Source: Octopus sinensis
Lineage: Eukaryota
NCBI RefSeq assembly: GCF_006345805.1
Contig: NC_043004.1
Location: 60,264,001 to 60,328,000, forward strand
Direction: 5' to 3'
DNA length: 64,000 nt
The notes below the pieces were generated by a model, which saw only the letters and a list, made by a program, of their open reading frames with translations, ran no database searches and was not told where the DNA came from. Positions 27,068-41,479 of the stretch are shown here, one piece after another. Position 1 is the first letter of the stretch, and the number at the start of each line of letters is the position of its first letter. A program made the translations under genes and the position numbers.

Positions 27068-28219
27068 GCTGAAACCTGTACAAACGGAAGAACGATGTCA
27101 TAAATAACAGTGACAAACGAAGTATACACCGTCGAGAGTTGTTGACAAACAACGGCAGTAATTTTATTCAGCTGAATACACGATATTGATTGGTTGAAAT
27201 TACGGAAATACGACAACTTTAACACGAAATAACTTCGTAAAGAGAAAGTTTCCTCAAAAACGCTAAGGGTAAAATATGTTTTATATGACACATTCTACCA
27301 GTGTCCGAAGTTTGAAAGAGTTTAGTTACAAAAAATTAATTTCTCGATCTGCCATTCAAAGGGAAAAGATCCCTGTCAATAATTCTTGATCATTTGTGAG
27401 TCGAAATGGTTACTTAGATGGTGATGATTTCCGAAAATCATATTCGTATGTTGGATTCGTACCGTCGCAGATAAGATATTCATCAATATAGTGGTGAGTT
27501 CATAAACCTTTCGTTTCTACGCGTGCCAGAGTATGAACTATCTGAATTACATAAAATCAGACATTTATTCAATTATGAATTACACAAATAAGAAATTTGA
27601 ATATGAGAGTATTGTAATAACAGCCTATAGTATGACCGAGAATTGTGAGAGCGGGAGCATCTCTTTATTAGTGCAACTGCCAGTATGTTCTGTTAAAATG
27701 AAACACCCGGAAGACAGGCAGCGTTACACTCATCCGCACACAGCTTTCAAGATACATTGCATGTCATCGAAATCAATCGCTAATGTACTGACAATCCACC
27801 TTAGCGCATTATAGAAGCGAAATTGTTATAGCGACGAATAATGTGGCTTGCGGTAATACTTGTGTGCTTTGCCTTTGATTTCAAACTCAGCCAAATGGTT
27901 CAAACTTCATTATAAGAGAGAGTTGCATACCCAAGCATAGGAGCATGGATGATTATGACATTTACAAATCGCATTGCAGGGTTGTTTCGTACACATTTCC
28001 CTTGATTATATTGAAGATGATGATAATGATGACATATCACAAAATATGAATCTAATAGGTTAAACAATTCCCTTAGATTTAATGTCGTGTTCATATAAGA
28101 AATCAATATTCATCATTATGAAAATGTAGTATCGAAGTGTAAATATAACACTTGGATTTAGAGTTTCCAATCACTAAAAATGCTATTCACTTCCGTCCAT
28201 ATTATCTAAATATAAGATT

Positions 28220-28560
28220 CCTCAGTGGTTAGAGCATCAAACTTATGATCTCAAGGTTGTGAGTTCGATTCTCGGACGCGTAATAAAGTGTCTTGAGCAT
28301 GACACTTTATTACATGTTGCTCCAGTTCATTCAGTTGTAGAAATGAGTTGCGACGTCAGTGGTACCAAGCTGTATCGGCCTTTGTCTTTCTCTTGGGTAA
28401 CAAGACGTGGAGAGGGGTGGCTGGTATACATGGGCGACTGCTGGTCTTCCAAAAAAACAACCACAGGTTGCGCGCTCGCCAGTAAAACAACATCCTGTCC
28501 AGACTTGTACCCCGGAGGGTAACCTCTTAGGTCCGCCCATGATTATTCGTGACCGACGGA
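28220..28560 (+). mobile_element. tRNA-derived SINE family S4
   Basis: CTCAGTGGTTAGAGC...GTGAGTTCGATTC head; body GTTGCTCCAGTT...GAGTTGCGACG shared with the minus copy at 36515-36897. Confidence 0.75.
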
Positions 28561-29285
28561 GTCGAGTTTAGTTTAATATTCTCCTCTATACACTTATTCA
28601 GTCCCTAACCATCAAAACTAAAATCAGTCACATTGTTTTATAAAAATACACCTACCTCAAAACATATTTTATGTTCGCTGGTATTTTCGCTCCAGAACAG
28701 AAAAATTATACCAATCTTACAAGAGCGCCTTAAAGTGGTCTCTCAATCTACTAGAGGGTGCAGCTAGTCTTTTTAAGCAGCATCTTTCTATTTTAAAACT
28801 TTTTTGCGTAATGTAATTACTATTTGAATAATTCCTGAGAGAAATATGGAATGGCCAGGGCTTGAATGGCTTTCACTAAAGATTTCTTTGATCAGGCCTC
28901 ACCAAGGGCTAAATACCACCAACAAAGAATTTGCTTTCTCGAATATTAATGAGCACAAACGGAAAACTATTTGCCGAACGAGAAGAAAAAGATAACTTAA
29001 AGAAAATCACGCGAACAAAAGGCTATGACACCGGGTCAGGAATTGGTGTCGCTATAAAAGAGAAATAAAAGTTTGCCGAGCAGCCTGCTCGGAACCGCAG
29101 TCCCTTTCTCTCATATTTCTCTTCTACGTATGTGTGTTAGCAGGAGCGCATGCGCAAATGACTGTGCGTGTGTACTTATTCCTTCTTACTGCAACATTTA
29201 TGACCGGACGCTTTTGAGTTGTACTAATTCTCTATAATAGATCTTTATCACGAACCAATTAAACGGAATTTAGTAGAGATTCTAG

Positions 29286-29303
29286 ATAATAATAATAATA
29301 ATA

Positions 29304-29353
<50 letters not shown>

Positions 29354-29420
29354 TAATAACAACAATAATAACAACAATAATAATAATAATAACAACAACA
29401 ACAACAACAACAACGACAAC

Positions 29421-29464
<44 letters not shown>
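29286..29464. repeat. (TAA/CAA)n microsatellite
   Basis: Direct reading. Confidence 0.9.
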
Positions 29465-29465
<1 letters not shown>

Positions 29466-29944
29466 CTTCCGAAAAAGAAAAGAATAGTAAGCGACCAGCA
29501 TTTAAGTAGTGGAGAATTCATAAAAGTGCAGGGGAAAACTTCGGTTATTTCTGTGGAGACCCTTTTATTTAAGAAATGCCATCTAGCATAATTAACTCCT
29601 TTCCATCATATTAATTAATACTTGAATAAAATAGGGTCATTTATTACGTTTGTAATGCCGGACAGCGGGTCATAAACATAGTGATTTCCATTCGTGACTT
29701 TGCTTTTAACCTTTAGACGCCAAATAAACAATCTTAGACTAGAAAACATCACACCAATTTTCAGCACAACACTATAATTAAGGACTCGCTTCTTCCCTCA
29801 GACGTCTATATCAAAACAATCAAACCTGTAATCTTGTTTCCTCTACACATACCTCTTACTGTCTGTCCCTTGAGTCATATCAAAATAGCTATCTCAAAAG
29901 CCGCAAGTATTTTTCTATTTTTCTTCTTCAATGCGTACACAGTC

Positions 29945-30020
<76 letters not shown>

Positions 30021-30100
30021 AATCCTATCTATCTATCTATATATATATATATATCTATCTATCTATCTATCTACCTGTCTGTCTGTCTGTCTATCTACCC

Positions 30101-30176
<76 letters not shown>

Positions 30177-30191
30177 GTCTGTCTGTCTATC

Positions 30192-30222
<31 letters not shown>

Positions 30223-30225
30223 TCA
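29945..30225. repeat. (TATC/TGTC)n microsatellite
   Basis: Direct reading. Confidence 0.9.
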
Positions 30226-30313
30226 TCTATTTGTCGCTGTCAGTTTATGTCTCTCCCAATGTCCCCCTAAATTTTTCCACCCCTCTCTTACTTTCTTTCT
30301 TTCTTTCTTTCTC

Positions 30314-30344
<31 letters not shown>

Positions 30345-31108
30345 TAAGGTATGTAGAAAAATACAACATGGACAAGAACGTATAACTCATAGAAGACGAT
30401 ACAATAAACATGGACAGGACATTCGAACCCCTCAGTCTTCAGTCAAGAACCGGATCATCGTAGTAATTTCGGCTGATTAATCTTGAGATTACTAGATCAC
30501 GGCCAGCCCTCCAAGAAAAACTAAGCTGGAAGCGTAGATTTCCTGGAAGAAGGATCGAATGCATACGAACACCAGGACAGCAAAAGGGACAGATATAAAA
30601 AAAAACAAAAAACAATAATGGAATACAGAAACATGAAATACAGAAGCATTAACGGTGAAAACAACAAGTGTCTTACGACTGATAACAAGCAACCAAATTT
30701 TTTCTCTGGCGCATTGGAAAAAGCCTTTATAGCGGCGGACGAAGAACAACGATGTTAACACGACGAGGGTCAGGAGCTGAAAGGCAGATTTCGGCCAACA
30801 GTCACGTGACAGAGAAGAGAGAGAGAAAAGGGGGACAAAACGCAACAAAGAGAGAGAAGAGAGAGAAAGAAGGAATCAGAGAGGAGAAGGGATGGGTGTC
30901 GAAGAATGACCTGTGAGTGCAGAGCGAGACAAAGAAATAGGAGGGTAGTGGAAGACTAGACCAAAGGATCAGAGGAAAGAGAAGATGAATAGAGAGAAAG
31001 TAAAAATGAGAGAGAGAGAGAGACAAACAGAGAGTCGTACCAAGATAGATAGATAGATATATAGATAGATAGATAGATACATACATACATAGATAGATAG
31101 ATAGATTG

Positions 31109-31142
<34 letters not shown>

Positions 31143-31397
31143 GATAGATAGATAGATATATAGATAGATATAAGTATGTCTTTGTGTGAGTATATATACA
31201 TACAGGTAGTCTTACATACATATATGCATACATCTCGTGTTTTTCATTTTCGTTTTTGTGTATGAATTTCTCCTATTCATCTACATTATTTATAAATGTT
31301 ACGATTGCACACTCACTATATATGCACATTCAACACACAAATTCTACATACGTAAACACACGCACACATTTCTTTATTCACGTCATATGCGTGGCTG

Positions 31398-31451
<54 letters not shown>

Positions 31452-32201
31452 TATATATATATTATATATATATATATATATAAATAAATATATATGTATG
31501 TATGTATCACAGCACGCATGTGTTGAAGAGAGGGACACCGAACCTCATAATATAAATATTAATATTAAAAATGATCAATTTTATACAATACAAAATCCAA
31601 ACACACGAATTTCTTATGCCTGACGAATTATCAGCTATAATACAGATCTCCACTTATAACATTCCCTTTATACGTGAGGTTTAGTCTAGTTCGCTAGCAT
31701 TCTCGAGCTTTAAATAGAAGGCCCCTTTTCGAACTATGAACAAAAATTGAACAAACGTAGAAATGTATCGATATAATTTGCTTACGTGTTTATTTTGCTG
31801 AGTGCCATATGTAAAATTAATCACAGAAGATTTATTCAAGAAATAGCGAAGGAATATTTTGCAGAAACACCTGTTTCCCCTCTGAGTTATAATAACATAT
31901 GCGGAAACTTGTATTGCGCGTATAAATATGTATACTGGTATATTCAGTAAAGCAGCAATACTTTTCCCACACAGAATGATCTTTGATCAGATTTAGAACA
32001 CTCAGATTTGAGATAAAATTCACTCCAGATTTATATATGTGTGCGTGTTTCTGTGAGTCTGTGTTTCTGTGAGTGTGTATGAATATCCTTTCGTTTCAAC
32101 ATTTTAAATCAAGATCTTTTTATGCATTGATTTGTTAAGTATAAACCTACGATTCTCCTGGCGCGTGAATCACGTTGTAATTCCTACTGTTTGACTATAT
32201 A

Positions 32202-32740
32202 CAAAGTGATATCAAAATGTTCCCGTACTAGTTCTGTTGTGCGCCAACAAATGGCAGCACACGGTTGCATACGCGATGATAGCTACCAGTAACCTTGAGA
32301 TGTCATTGTGCTTAGTTTCATTGCTGTGTTTACTTAATAAGTTGTGAAATTTGTGTTTTTGTTTTCATGTGTATGCTGTAGTCTGCGATTTCGTTATGAA
32401 CAGGAATAAAGAGACATAGAGACATTGAGCATGCTTCGATAAGCAATGGATTGTATTCAATGTTTCGAGAGGTTAAAGAATGTCCCTAGAAGATAACGAG
32501 CGATCTGGAAGACCTACCACGAGCACCATCCCCAGAAATGTAGCACTGTGCGTCGAAAAGGGCCGGATGGTCAATCGGAAGTTCTACAGCAAAGTTTTGA
32601 AGCTTTTGAGGTGGAAGGTTGAAGCATTCAGCAAAAGCGACCGGATCTGTGGAAAGTGAAGAATCGGATTCTTCACGACAACAATGCAGTCTATTACTGA
32701 GATCTCTTCACTCGCGAGCTTTTTACCAAAGACAACATGG
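32202..32740 (+). mobile_element. Decayed, internally deleted mariner-like fragment
   Basis: TIR-like start TA|CAAAGTGATATCAAAATGTTCCCG; peptides LEDNERSGRP and IQQKRPDLWKVKNRILHDNNA; no right TIR found. Confidence 0.65.
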
Positions 32741-32929
32741 TATCGCTTCCGCCAGATTTGCACCCAGATCGCCAGATTAAACCCCCTGCGAACTTACATT
32801 TCTTCCGCTTCGTCGTTTCAACACATTTGTCGAGATCTACAAGAATTTCCTTGTGTTTAAAAATTGTCGCTTCAAATCGAAGAATAAATATTATCATTGA
32901 TATATTATTATATATTATGTATATTATAC

Positions 32930-32980
<51 letters not shown>

Positions 32981-32983
<3 letters not shown>

Positions 32984-33397
32984 ATCAAAATAAGCAACAA
33001 GGTTATCCAGAAATAATGCAGTACGATCCTTTCATGCATTTCCGTTAATTGAACAATGCAATCATTACATCAATTTAAGATGCAGAGCAATCTTCGGCTG
33101 CACAAAGACATAGAATTTAATTAAATTAGAACAGTTGGACACATTATTATAATTTTACCTAAAATCTCCAAGAAGTTAAGGAGATAGACAAAGAATACGC
33201 TCTCTTACTCCAGTTTAGAAGTTACTGAATTTTCAAGAAGAGGCACAGACAGAGTGTGTAACAATGTATATCTCCTTAAAAATTCAGTAACTTCTAAACT
33301 GAAGTAAGAGAGCGTATTCTTTGTCTATCTCCTTAACTTCTTGGAGATTTTAGGTATAATTATACTAATGTGTCTATCTATTCTAATTTGATTAATT
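32981..33397 (-). mobile_element. PLE-type family D relic: (TA)n-adjacent, degenerate hammerhead plus ~120-bp inverted repeat
   Basis: Arms ~33114-33233 and ~33279-33397; hammerhead-like fold at 33017-33102 on the minus strand. Confidence 0.6.
33017..33102 (-). ncRNA. Degenerate type I hammerhead (family D)
   Basis: Stem I UGCAG/CUGCA; core CCGAAGA (U4C); GAAA-G-GAUC-G-U-A, one change from the palindrome ACGAUCGU. Confidence 0.5.
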
Positions 33398-33525
33398 CGG
33401 CAAAAGAGACGGATAGATTAAGTACTAGGCTTGCAAAGAATAAGATCTGGGGTCGAATTCTTCGACTAGAGATGGTGCCCCAGCCTGGCCGGAGTCAAAT
33501 GACTGAAACGTGTACAAGATTAAAA
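33398..33525 (+). mobile_element. 3' fragment of SINE family S1
   Basis: CGGCAAAAGAG...AAGTACT...GTCAAATGACTGAAAC matches the S1 3' body. Confidence 0.75.
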
Positions 33526-33726
33526 CAATAAAAAATATATAAATGTACGAAAGAAAGACAAAGAAAAGACAAACGTGATAAAATCCTCTACAGCCGCTTC
33601 AGATTCCTGGTTTAATGATAAATAAACCGATTCCATCATGAAACAAGAATGGTTTTCTTCGGATGAATCTATACTTAATGTTATAAACTTGCTCCAGAAA
33701 GAAAATATCAAGATATTCAATGTGGA

Positions 33727-34054
33727 TGGAAGCACTCCGTCGGTTACGACGACAAGGGTTCCGGCTGATCCGATCAACGGAACAACCTGCTGTGAAATTA
33801 ACGTGCAAGTGGCTGAGCACTCCACAGACACGTGTTCCCTTAACGTAGTTATCGGGGATATTCAGCGTGACACAGAGAGTGACAAGGCCGGCCTTTGAAA
33901 TACAGGTACAATAGAAACAGGAAGTAAGAGTGAGAGAAAGTTGTGGTGAAAGAGTACAGCAGGGATCACCACCATCCCTGCCGGAGCCTCGTGGACCTTT
34001 TTTTAGGTGTTTTCGCTCAATAAACATTCACAACGCCCGGTCTGGGAATCGAAA
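33727..34054 (-). mobile_element. SINE family S2, lacking most of its head
   Basis: Reverse-complement match to 4084-4413; direct match to 42447-42822. Confidence 0.85.
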
Positions 34055-34284
34055 TATTCAATGTATTGAGCCTCTCAATTTGGCAGTATGAATCCATATT
34101 CATATGTGTGTATGAGTGTCTTATTGTGTGTGTATGTCATTATGTGTGTGATATTTGTATATCCAGATATATCTATGTATGTATGTAAACAGAAAGGGAG
34201 AGAGAGAGTGAGAGAGACAGAGAGACAGAGAGGTGAAAATAGGGTGATAGACGGGGTAGTTATACTTTTATAATACCTATTTCT

Positions 34285-34466
34285 TTACTACCCACAAGGG
34301 GCTAAACACAGAGAGGACAAGCAAGGACAGACATACGGATTATGTCGGTTATATCGACTCCAGTGCGTAACTGGTACTTAATTTATCGACCCCGAAAGGA
34401 TGAAAGGCAAAGTCGACCTCGGCATTTCGCCCGGCGTGCTGACGTTTCTGCCAGCTCGCCGCCTTA
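34285..34466 (-). mobile_element. Short interspersed repeat family S3
   Basis: ACTGGTACTTAATTTATCGACCCCGAAAGGATGAAAGGCAAAGTCGACC core, recurring at ~39170, ~43250 and (reverse) 51871. Confidence 0.75.
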
Positions 34467-35755
34467 CGTACTTTTATAATACCAGTGTGTATCAACGCAT
34501 CGGCACAATTCTATGAAATACATCAGTGGAAATCTATGGAATATTTGTAAGTGTATTATGTCTAGTATTCACGTTAGGTGTGCCGGAATATTGTAGCTGG
34601 TGCGTTAATTGCAATAATAGCCACAAATTCTGTTTCAAATATAATTGCGTAGTTTATTAGTGCTGGTCGTTTAAATTTCAGTCATCAATACTGAACAATC
34701 GATTAACTCATTAAAATGAAACAGAATGGACATAAATCGACCCTACCGATATGCAACCTACCTATCACTATTTCTTTGTTCTAATGACAAATACTTTTGA
34801 AAGAGTACGTTTTATGCAAAGCATGACCAGATTTATATTTCATTGTAGACATCAAAGTCACTCAAAAATGTAACAATGATTGTGAATTGTCCCTCTGTTT
34901 CTAAAGGATTCTTTTAAACACACTACTACGATTTAATATTTATGTGGAGTAACCATTTCATGAACTCTTCGACTTTTCTTCATGTAGAGTTAGATGTTTG
35001 TTGCAACCAAGTTTCACTTAGTACTAATTAGTATAAAAAGGGCAAAGAAAAATTCAAAAAGCGTCTTCAGTATATCGTCGGAAACTGCTCAGAAGTAAGA
35101 CATTACATCTGGTTCGAGATATAGGAGAAATGGTACAAATGGTACAAGAACGAAATCGAGGTGTAGAAATATGTCGCACATAGTTGCAACATCTAACTCA
35201 ACAAATCTCGTGCGGTTTTATGGAAGTTTTATAGCCTCCCTTGGTGGAAGGCGGTGAAATACCTACAGATATGTTGTACTAATTTATTCCCTATGCGGGA
35301 ATGGAGTACACTGGCAGCATCACAAAAGATGTGTATACCTTAAGGTAACAATACTCGAAGAAAGATTTCACGTCAGATTCCGTATATTGTTGATAGTTTT
35401 GCTTTATTACCTGTTTGTTAAATAACTTCAAGTATCATCTTATGAAGATGGCATACACGGTGATAAGGCAAAATGTAGCGAAGGGAAATATTAAAATCTT
35501 TCTTACCAATCCGGATTAATTAAATGTGCTTTGATCATTATCAGGTTGTCATAAATTTACGTATCTTTAACAGAGGTATGCAAATTCTCTTCAGAAATTG
35601 TCTCAAATATTTATCATATAAATACCAATGAAAGTCAACAAGGCAAGTGCATCGTTTATACATAGTATTACCTGCCTCGTAAGCATATTCATTAATCACG
35701 TATTCATGTTTTTAAGTGCATATATACATACATATGTGTATATATATATATATAT

Positions 35756-35811
<56 letters not shown>

Positions 35812-35862
35812 TGTGTGTGTATTTGTGTGTATGTATATATGTATGTATCTGAGTATTATATA

Positions 35863-35923
<61 letters not shown>

Positions 35924-36056
35924 TATATGTACATTAAGAGCCGCTGATGAGAATTAGGTGGTCTACACCAAAATTCGAAATCGCGAAACGGCTATATAGG
36001 ACAGGGATTTCCCTTCCTTTATCAGTCATTAATTATATATACATATGATATATATA

Positions 36057-36098
<42 letters not shown>

Positions 36099-36514
36099 TA
36101 TCAGTGTATATACCTATGTATAAATACATAGATATACGCAAGTGTATGTATATATATGTACACATACATACATACACACGTACAAACACACAAACACTCA
36201 CATACACGCATACAATATGTTAGGCAGAGGGAGAGAGAGAGGCAGAGGAGAAGGACTAATAGTGGTTTAACTCAAGCCTCTTTTATATTATTCCATTCAC
36301 GCTTTTACAATTAAAAAAAATATTTTCACTGCTTTATTTTTTTATATCGTATCTAACTTACATGAACCATTTACATACAGTCAGTCCTAGAAACACACAC
36401 GCACACACATACACACATACACACACACACACATACATACATACATACACAGAGTTGCAAAAGCAGATACATTATATCGCTGACCCTTTTTATCTACTTC
36501 ACAGCTTCTTCATA

Positions 36515-36897
36515 TCCTTTTCGTAATTAGCACGACGCTATTAATACCGACCCATGCTATCACCTTTTTTTAGACCCCCCTTCGGTCATAACTGACTGTG
36601 GAATTGCATCTAGAAAGATACCCCCCCCCCGACACAAGTTCGGGCAAAGTTGTTTATGGAAGACCAGCAGTCACTCATGCATACGGGCCTCCCCTTCTCA
36701 CGCCACCAGTGTTATCCAAAGGAAAGGCAAAGACTGACACAGCTTAGCACCTGTGGCGTCGCAACTCATTGCTGCACCTGAGAGAACTGGAGCAACGTGA
36801 AATAAAGTGAGTTGCTTCAGAACACAACACGGGATTCGAACTCACAACCTCACGATCGTAAGCGCGACGCTCTAACCACTGAGCCATGCGCCTTCAC
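36515..36897 (-). mobile_element. tRNA-derived SINE family S4
   Basis: Head (minus) GGCGCATGGCTCAGTGGTTAGAGCG...GAGTTCGAATCCCG; body shared with 28220. Confidence 0.8.
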
Positions 36898-36962
36898 CTT
36901 ACTACCAACATCAATAAAGACAACTAAAAGATAACCATTATCATTACTACAAATATATCTAT

Positions 36963-37330
36963 TACTTTCCATTACTTGTTTCATTTGACTGTTGCCATGC
37001 TGGAGCACCGCCTTTAGTCGAGCAAATCCACCCTAGGACTTATTTTTTTGAAAGCCCAGTACTTATTCAATCGGTCACTTTTGCCGAACAGCTTGGTTAC
37101 GGGGACGTAAGTGATGTTTGTGGAACAAGCACAGACACACAAACATACACATACATACATATATACATATATACGATGAACTTCTTTCAGTTTCCGTCCA
37201 CCAAATCCACTCACAAGGCTTTGGTCGGCTTGAGGCTATAGTAGAAGACATTTGCGCAAGGTGCCACGCAGTGGGACTGAACCCGGAAACATGTGGTTCG
37301 TAAGCAGGTAACTTACCACACAGCCACTCC
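36963..37330 (-). mobile_element. Full-length SINE family S1
   Basis: Reverse-complement match to 50902-51289. Confidence 0.88.
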
Positions 37331-37683
37331 CACATCAATTGTTCCTCTTCTAACTTTCTATAAACGCAACACAGTAAAACGCTCAACTATCAACTGTGGG
37401 GTGGCGCCCTTATCTTTCTGGGGTAGCACCAAAATATCTGCCAATAAGGGACAACAGAACACATCGTCTGTATTCAATAGATAGTTATCTGAAGCTCAAT
37501 AGTTCAGCTCCCGTTTATTTCAGACACCCAGAAGGGAAATAGTCTCTAAAGAGTTTGTTCTTCATTTAATAAAACTATTTTACAACACATTCACGCACTG
37601 AAAATTACACGCACATGATTTAACACAAGATTCTACACACTCACTTTACCCAGATACGTTAAACATCAGTATCTTTCAAGCTG

Positions 37684-37855
<172 letters not shown>

Positions 37856-38894
37856 AATCTATCCAGCTATCCATCTACAGGTATATAATATGCATGTACA
37901 TATATTTAAACTATATATGTGTGTGTGAATATATATATATATATATATATACATATATACATACATATATAAGCATGTATATGCATATATATATATATAT
38001 ATATATATATGCATATATACATATATATATATGTGCATGTATATGTGTGTGTATGTGTATTTAAATGCTCACACGTATGCATAACACACACTGTTATTGC
38101 TTTATAAAAACACATACGTAAGACACAGGCAGACGTCCATATATGCCAGACCAAAATCATCAACGGACATACAGGCATACGCAGACGCAGACATGCACAC
38201 AGACTTACATCTACATGCGCACACACCTACCCACACATGTATGTACAGAAACAAGTACTCATATTTACTAACAAACGTGGCCATTTTTGCCTTAAGCATA
38301 TTATTTATCACTCATCGTGCAATTGGCAAGAGAATGTTCTTAGTTTCCCAAAAGTTACCCATCTGTATCTGATCTGTTTATCTAATCAGTCTTATTCAAA
38401 ACATAATTTTCTTCTCGCTGCTGCATCCGAAATTCCCTAAAACCATAAACTAATGAAGAAGCTCTTTTGCCGCTTTTCTGCCAACGCTTTTGACTATGAT
38501 ATTTCTCCTCAACCACATCCCCGCTTCTACAATTTCTCTGTATTCTAATTGCCACGGTGATATTAGTTAACTAGTTTGCTTCAATGCTAGATTGTGTTTG
38601 GGGAGCATATCAAGTTATGAATCCTAATTGAATGCACAATGCCAGCCAACCGGTCGACTTCTACGAAAATCCATTCAGCCTGTTAATACGAAGATTTAAG
38701 AACATCAATGCTAACATCATCGATACCACTACCATAGCTAAAGTGATAATACTCAGGGTGGTCGCTTCCCTTAATCAGATGTTTGTAGATGTTCAGATAC
38801 CAGTCAACAGGTATACCTTCTGAATACTTTCGTAAATTATATAATATTCCTTTCTTAATTTGGCACAAGGCCAGCAATTTTGAGGGATATTGAA

Positions 38895-39290
38895 GTCGAT
38901 TACATAGACCCTAGTTCTCAACAGGTACTTATTTTATCCATCTCGGAAGAATAAAAGACAAAGTCCACCTCAGCGGGTCTTCAACTCTGGGCCTAAACAC
39001 GAGCAAAATTCCGCTTAATATTTTGGCAGGCGTGCTAACAATTCTGACAGATCACCTCCTTCATAACTTCTAGAATAGTATTTTCTATTAAAGGCACAAG
39101 GCCTGGAATTTTGTGGGGACAGGTCTAGTCAATTACATCGACCGCAGCTTTTCACTGGTACTTATTTTATCGAACCCGTTGGAATGAAAGGCAAAGTCGA
39201 CCCCGGCGGAATTTGAAGTCAAACGTAAAAATGGACGAAATACCGCTAAGCTTTTCGGCAGGTGTGCTGACAGTTCTGCCAGTTCACCAC
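38895..39290 (-). mobile_element. Two adjacent degenerate S3 copies
   Basis: Core GGTACTTATTTTATC...AAAG(A/G)CAAAGTC(C/G)ACC appears twice. Confidence 0.65.
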
Positions 39291-39294
39291 ATTT

Positions 39295-39690
39295 ATCTTT
39301 ATATATAAAAGTGAGGTTGTGTGCTGTCTGTCTCCTACGATTCAGATTCCTAACTACTCCCACATTTTGCGGTGCAGTTTAACCAAAACCGGGTATCTTA
39401 TAGTCGTGATTCACATCGAGCCCTTCTGGGTATTAGCGCGTGTCTACGATGAGTCTACGATTTTAAAAAAAATTACCATCAATTTTTCCCATTTTAATGC
39501 ATTTTTGGCATGTATAAGGGAAGTAACTACCTAAAAATTTATTATTAAATCTCAGAACGTAAAAAGCTACAGTAACACCTCCCTTTGTGGTTAGCCATAT
39601 TGAGATGGCTATTATACTTTACATCTCTAAAAATGCTTATATAGTTATTTCCCTTACAAACCCGAGCAACGCCGGGCGATACTGCTAGTA
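39295..39690 (-). mobile_element. Helitron-like non-autonomous element (family H)
   Basis: Minus start TACTAGCAGTATCGCCCGGCGTTGCTCGGG, end TTTTATATATAAAGAT; second copy at 55043-55416; no TSD seen. Confidence 0.65.
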
Positions 39691-41144
39691 AGTTCTAAAA
39701 TAATAATAACTCGATAGAGTTGTAACAGAGTTATACTTGTTCTAGTTTTAATCTACTATACTCGTTCTGCACCAATGTGCGAACATTTACCAATCTTTAA
39801 GATGACATTCCGTTAAGGTTAATTTGTAAAGGAGCAGTCAACAGGCAATGTCATGAAGTCGTCGACCTAAATAACGAAGGATATATATTCAAATCATTGA
39901 GCTCTCATTTCAAATACCACCGAGAACGACCTCTGCTTTTACTATTCAGTTGCTTCAATATAAAGTCCCAGTAGATGGTAGTAGACTAACTGAAACGTAA
40001 TAATATTAGGCGGGAAGCCTGGGGTAAATTTTGAGACTCACTTTGTTATACAATTCAAACTGCGCTGTTGAGCTGCGTAGTACAATTACGTCATTGCCTG
40101 CTTCGAAGCCAGAACTCGGATATTTTCAGTGCTTTCTATTCCGGTGTTTGCATTCGAGGAAGGCCTTTTGTTTGCTGATTTTTTTTCAACCAGACTCTCA
40201 AAAATCCTGTAAATAATCATAAGCCGTGCCCTTCTCTTCTAAGAGATTAAAGTGAAAAGAGAATTCTAGGGCGTCCAAAATATGTTGTGGTCTCTTGATA
40301 TTTCCCTTTACGTCTGCTAGCCATTTCACCTGATTTGTGATTTCTCGTTTATCGCATTTATCCCATCATATTCCTACAATTTCCAGCCTTTTAGAAATGG
40401 TTCCATTACATCGTCTACACCTTTCCAAAAACATCTGCGTTTGACGCAAATATTAAATTTAATAATTACGTCTCAATGAGCGACGCCAATTATTCTAAGT
40501 TTAAAGTTTACAAGAGTTGACTTATTCTAATCGATATTTGGCACAATTTTTAGAGTATACGTTAGGTTATAATATGTATGTATGTATGTATGTATGTATG
40601 TGTATGTATGTGTGCGTGCGTGTGTGTGTTTGTGTGTGTGTGTTTGTGTGTGTGTCTGTGTGTGTGTGTGCGTGTGTGCACAAGCAAAAGGTCATTTGGT
40701 TGAATGATCCATAAATCTGATTTGTACAAAGATGATTAAAACTACCAACGAACGATAATAAAAATCATATTTTCTCTCATTTATTATTACTCATAATTGA
40801 TATTAAGAACTGAATCATATTCATAAACAGAGTAGGATGATAATTCAAGTGAAAATACAGCGTGTTCAGTGTTAGCTTATGAATGAGAAAGTTTTGTTAA
40901 ATTATGATAACTGACGTTTAAAGACTGCAAGTGTAATTACAAAATAAAATTTGTAATTTAGATGAGTACTCAATGAAAATATCTTGAAAACAGTCGGTTT
41001 CTGGATGAGTGGAAATATAGTAAATAACTCCTATATTTTTGTTTTTCAACTTCTGTCTATAGATGCGAGTGAAACCTTTCTGATGAGACTCACAACTATA
41101 AGCTTTTTTTCTTTACGAATGTATGTCCGCTGTATATATATATG

Positions 41145-41169
<25 letters not shown>

Positions 41170-41177
<8 letters not shown>

Positions 41178-41413
41178 TCCCCCAGCTGGACGGGACGCCA
41201 GTCCATCGCAGCGTTACTCAAGAAACAAGAAGAGAGAGTGAGAGAAGGCTGGGGCGAAAGAATACAATAAAGGTCACCACTACCCCCAGCCGGAGCCTCG
41301 TGGAGCCTTTTAAGTGCTTTCGCTCCATAAACACACACAACGCCCGGCCTGGGAATCGAAACCGCGATCCTCCGACCGCGAGTCCGCTACCCCAACCACT
41401 GGGCCATTGCACC
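41170..41413 (-). mobile_element. SINE with S2 head and a different 3' tail
   Basis: Head and core match S2; tail ...CGATGGACTGGCGTCCCGTCCAGC is absent from the other S2 copies. Confidence 0.8.
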
Positions 41414-41423
41414 TTCACATTAC

Positions 41424-41479
<56 letters not shown>

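Noticed and set aside
29040-29160. TATAAAAG plus GCGCATGCGC (NRF1-like) motif cluster; also CACGTG/TGACGTCA at 5318-5343
   Set aside because: Short motifs expected by chance; no downstream gene evidence.
30349-30830. (TA)n-adjacent segment with GGCUG/CAGCC-GAAA and a separate CUGAAGA on the minus strand
   Set aside because: The core and stems cannot be assembled into one hammerhead.
35270-35350. Possible ~76-nt exon (CAG|...AAG|GTAAC)
   Set aside because: Isolated; no partner exons or recognisable peptide.
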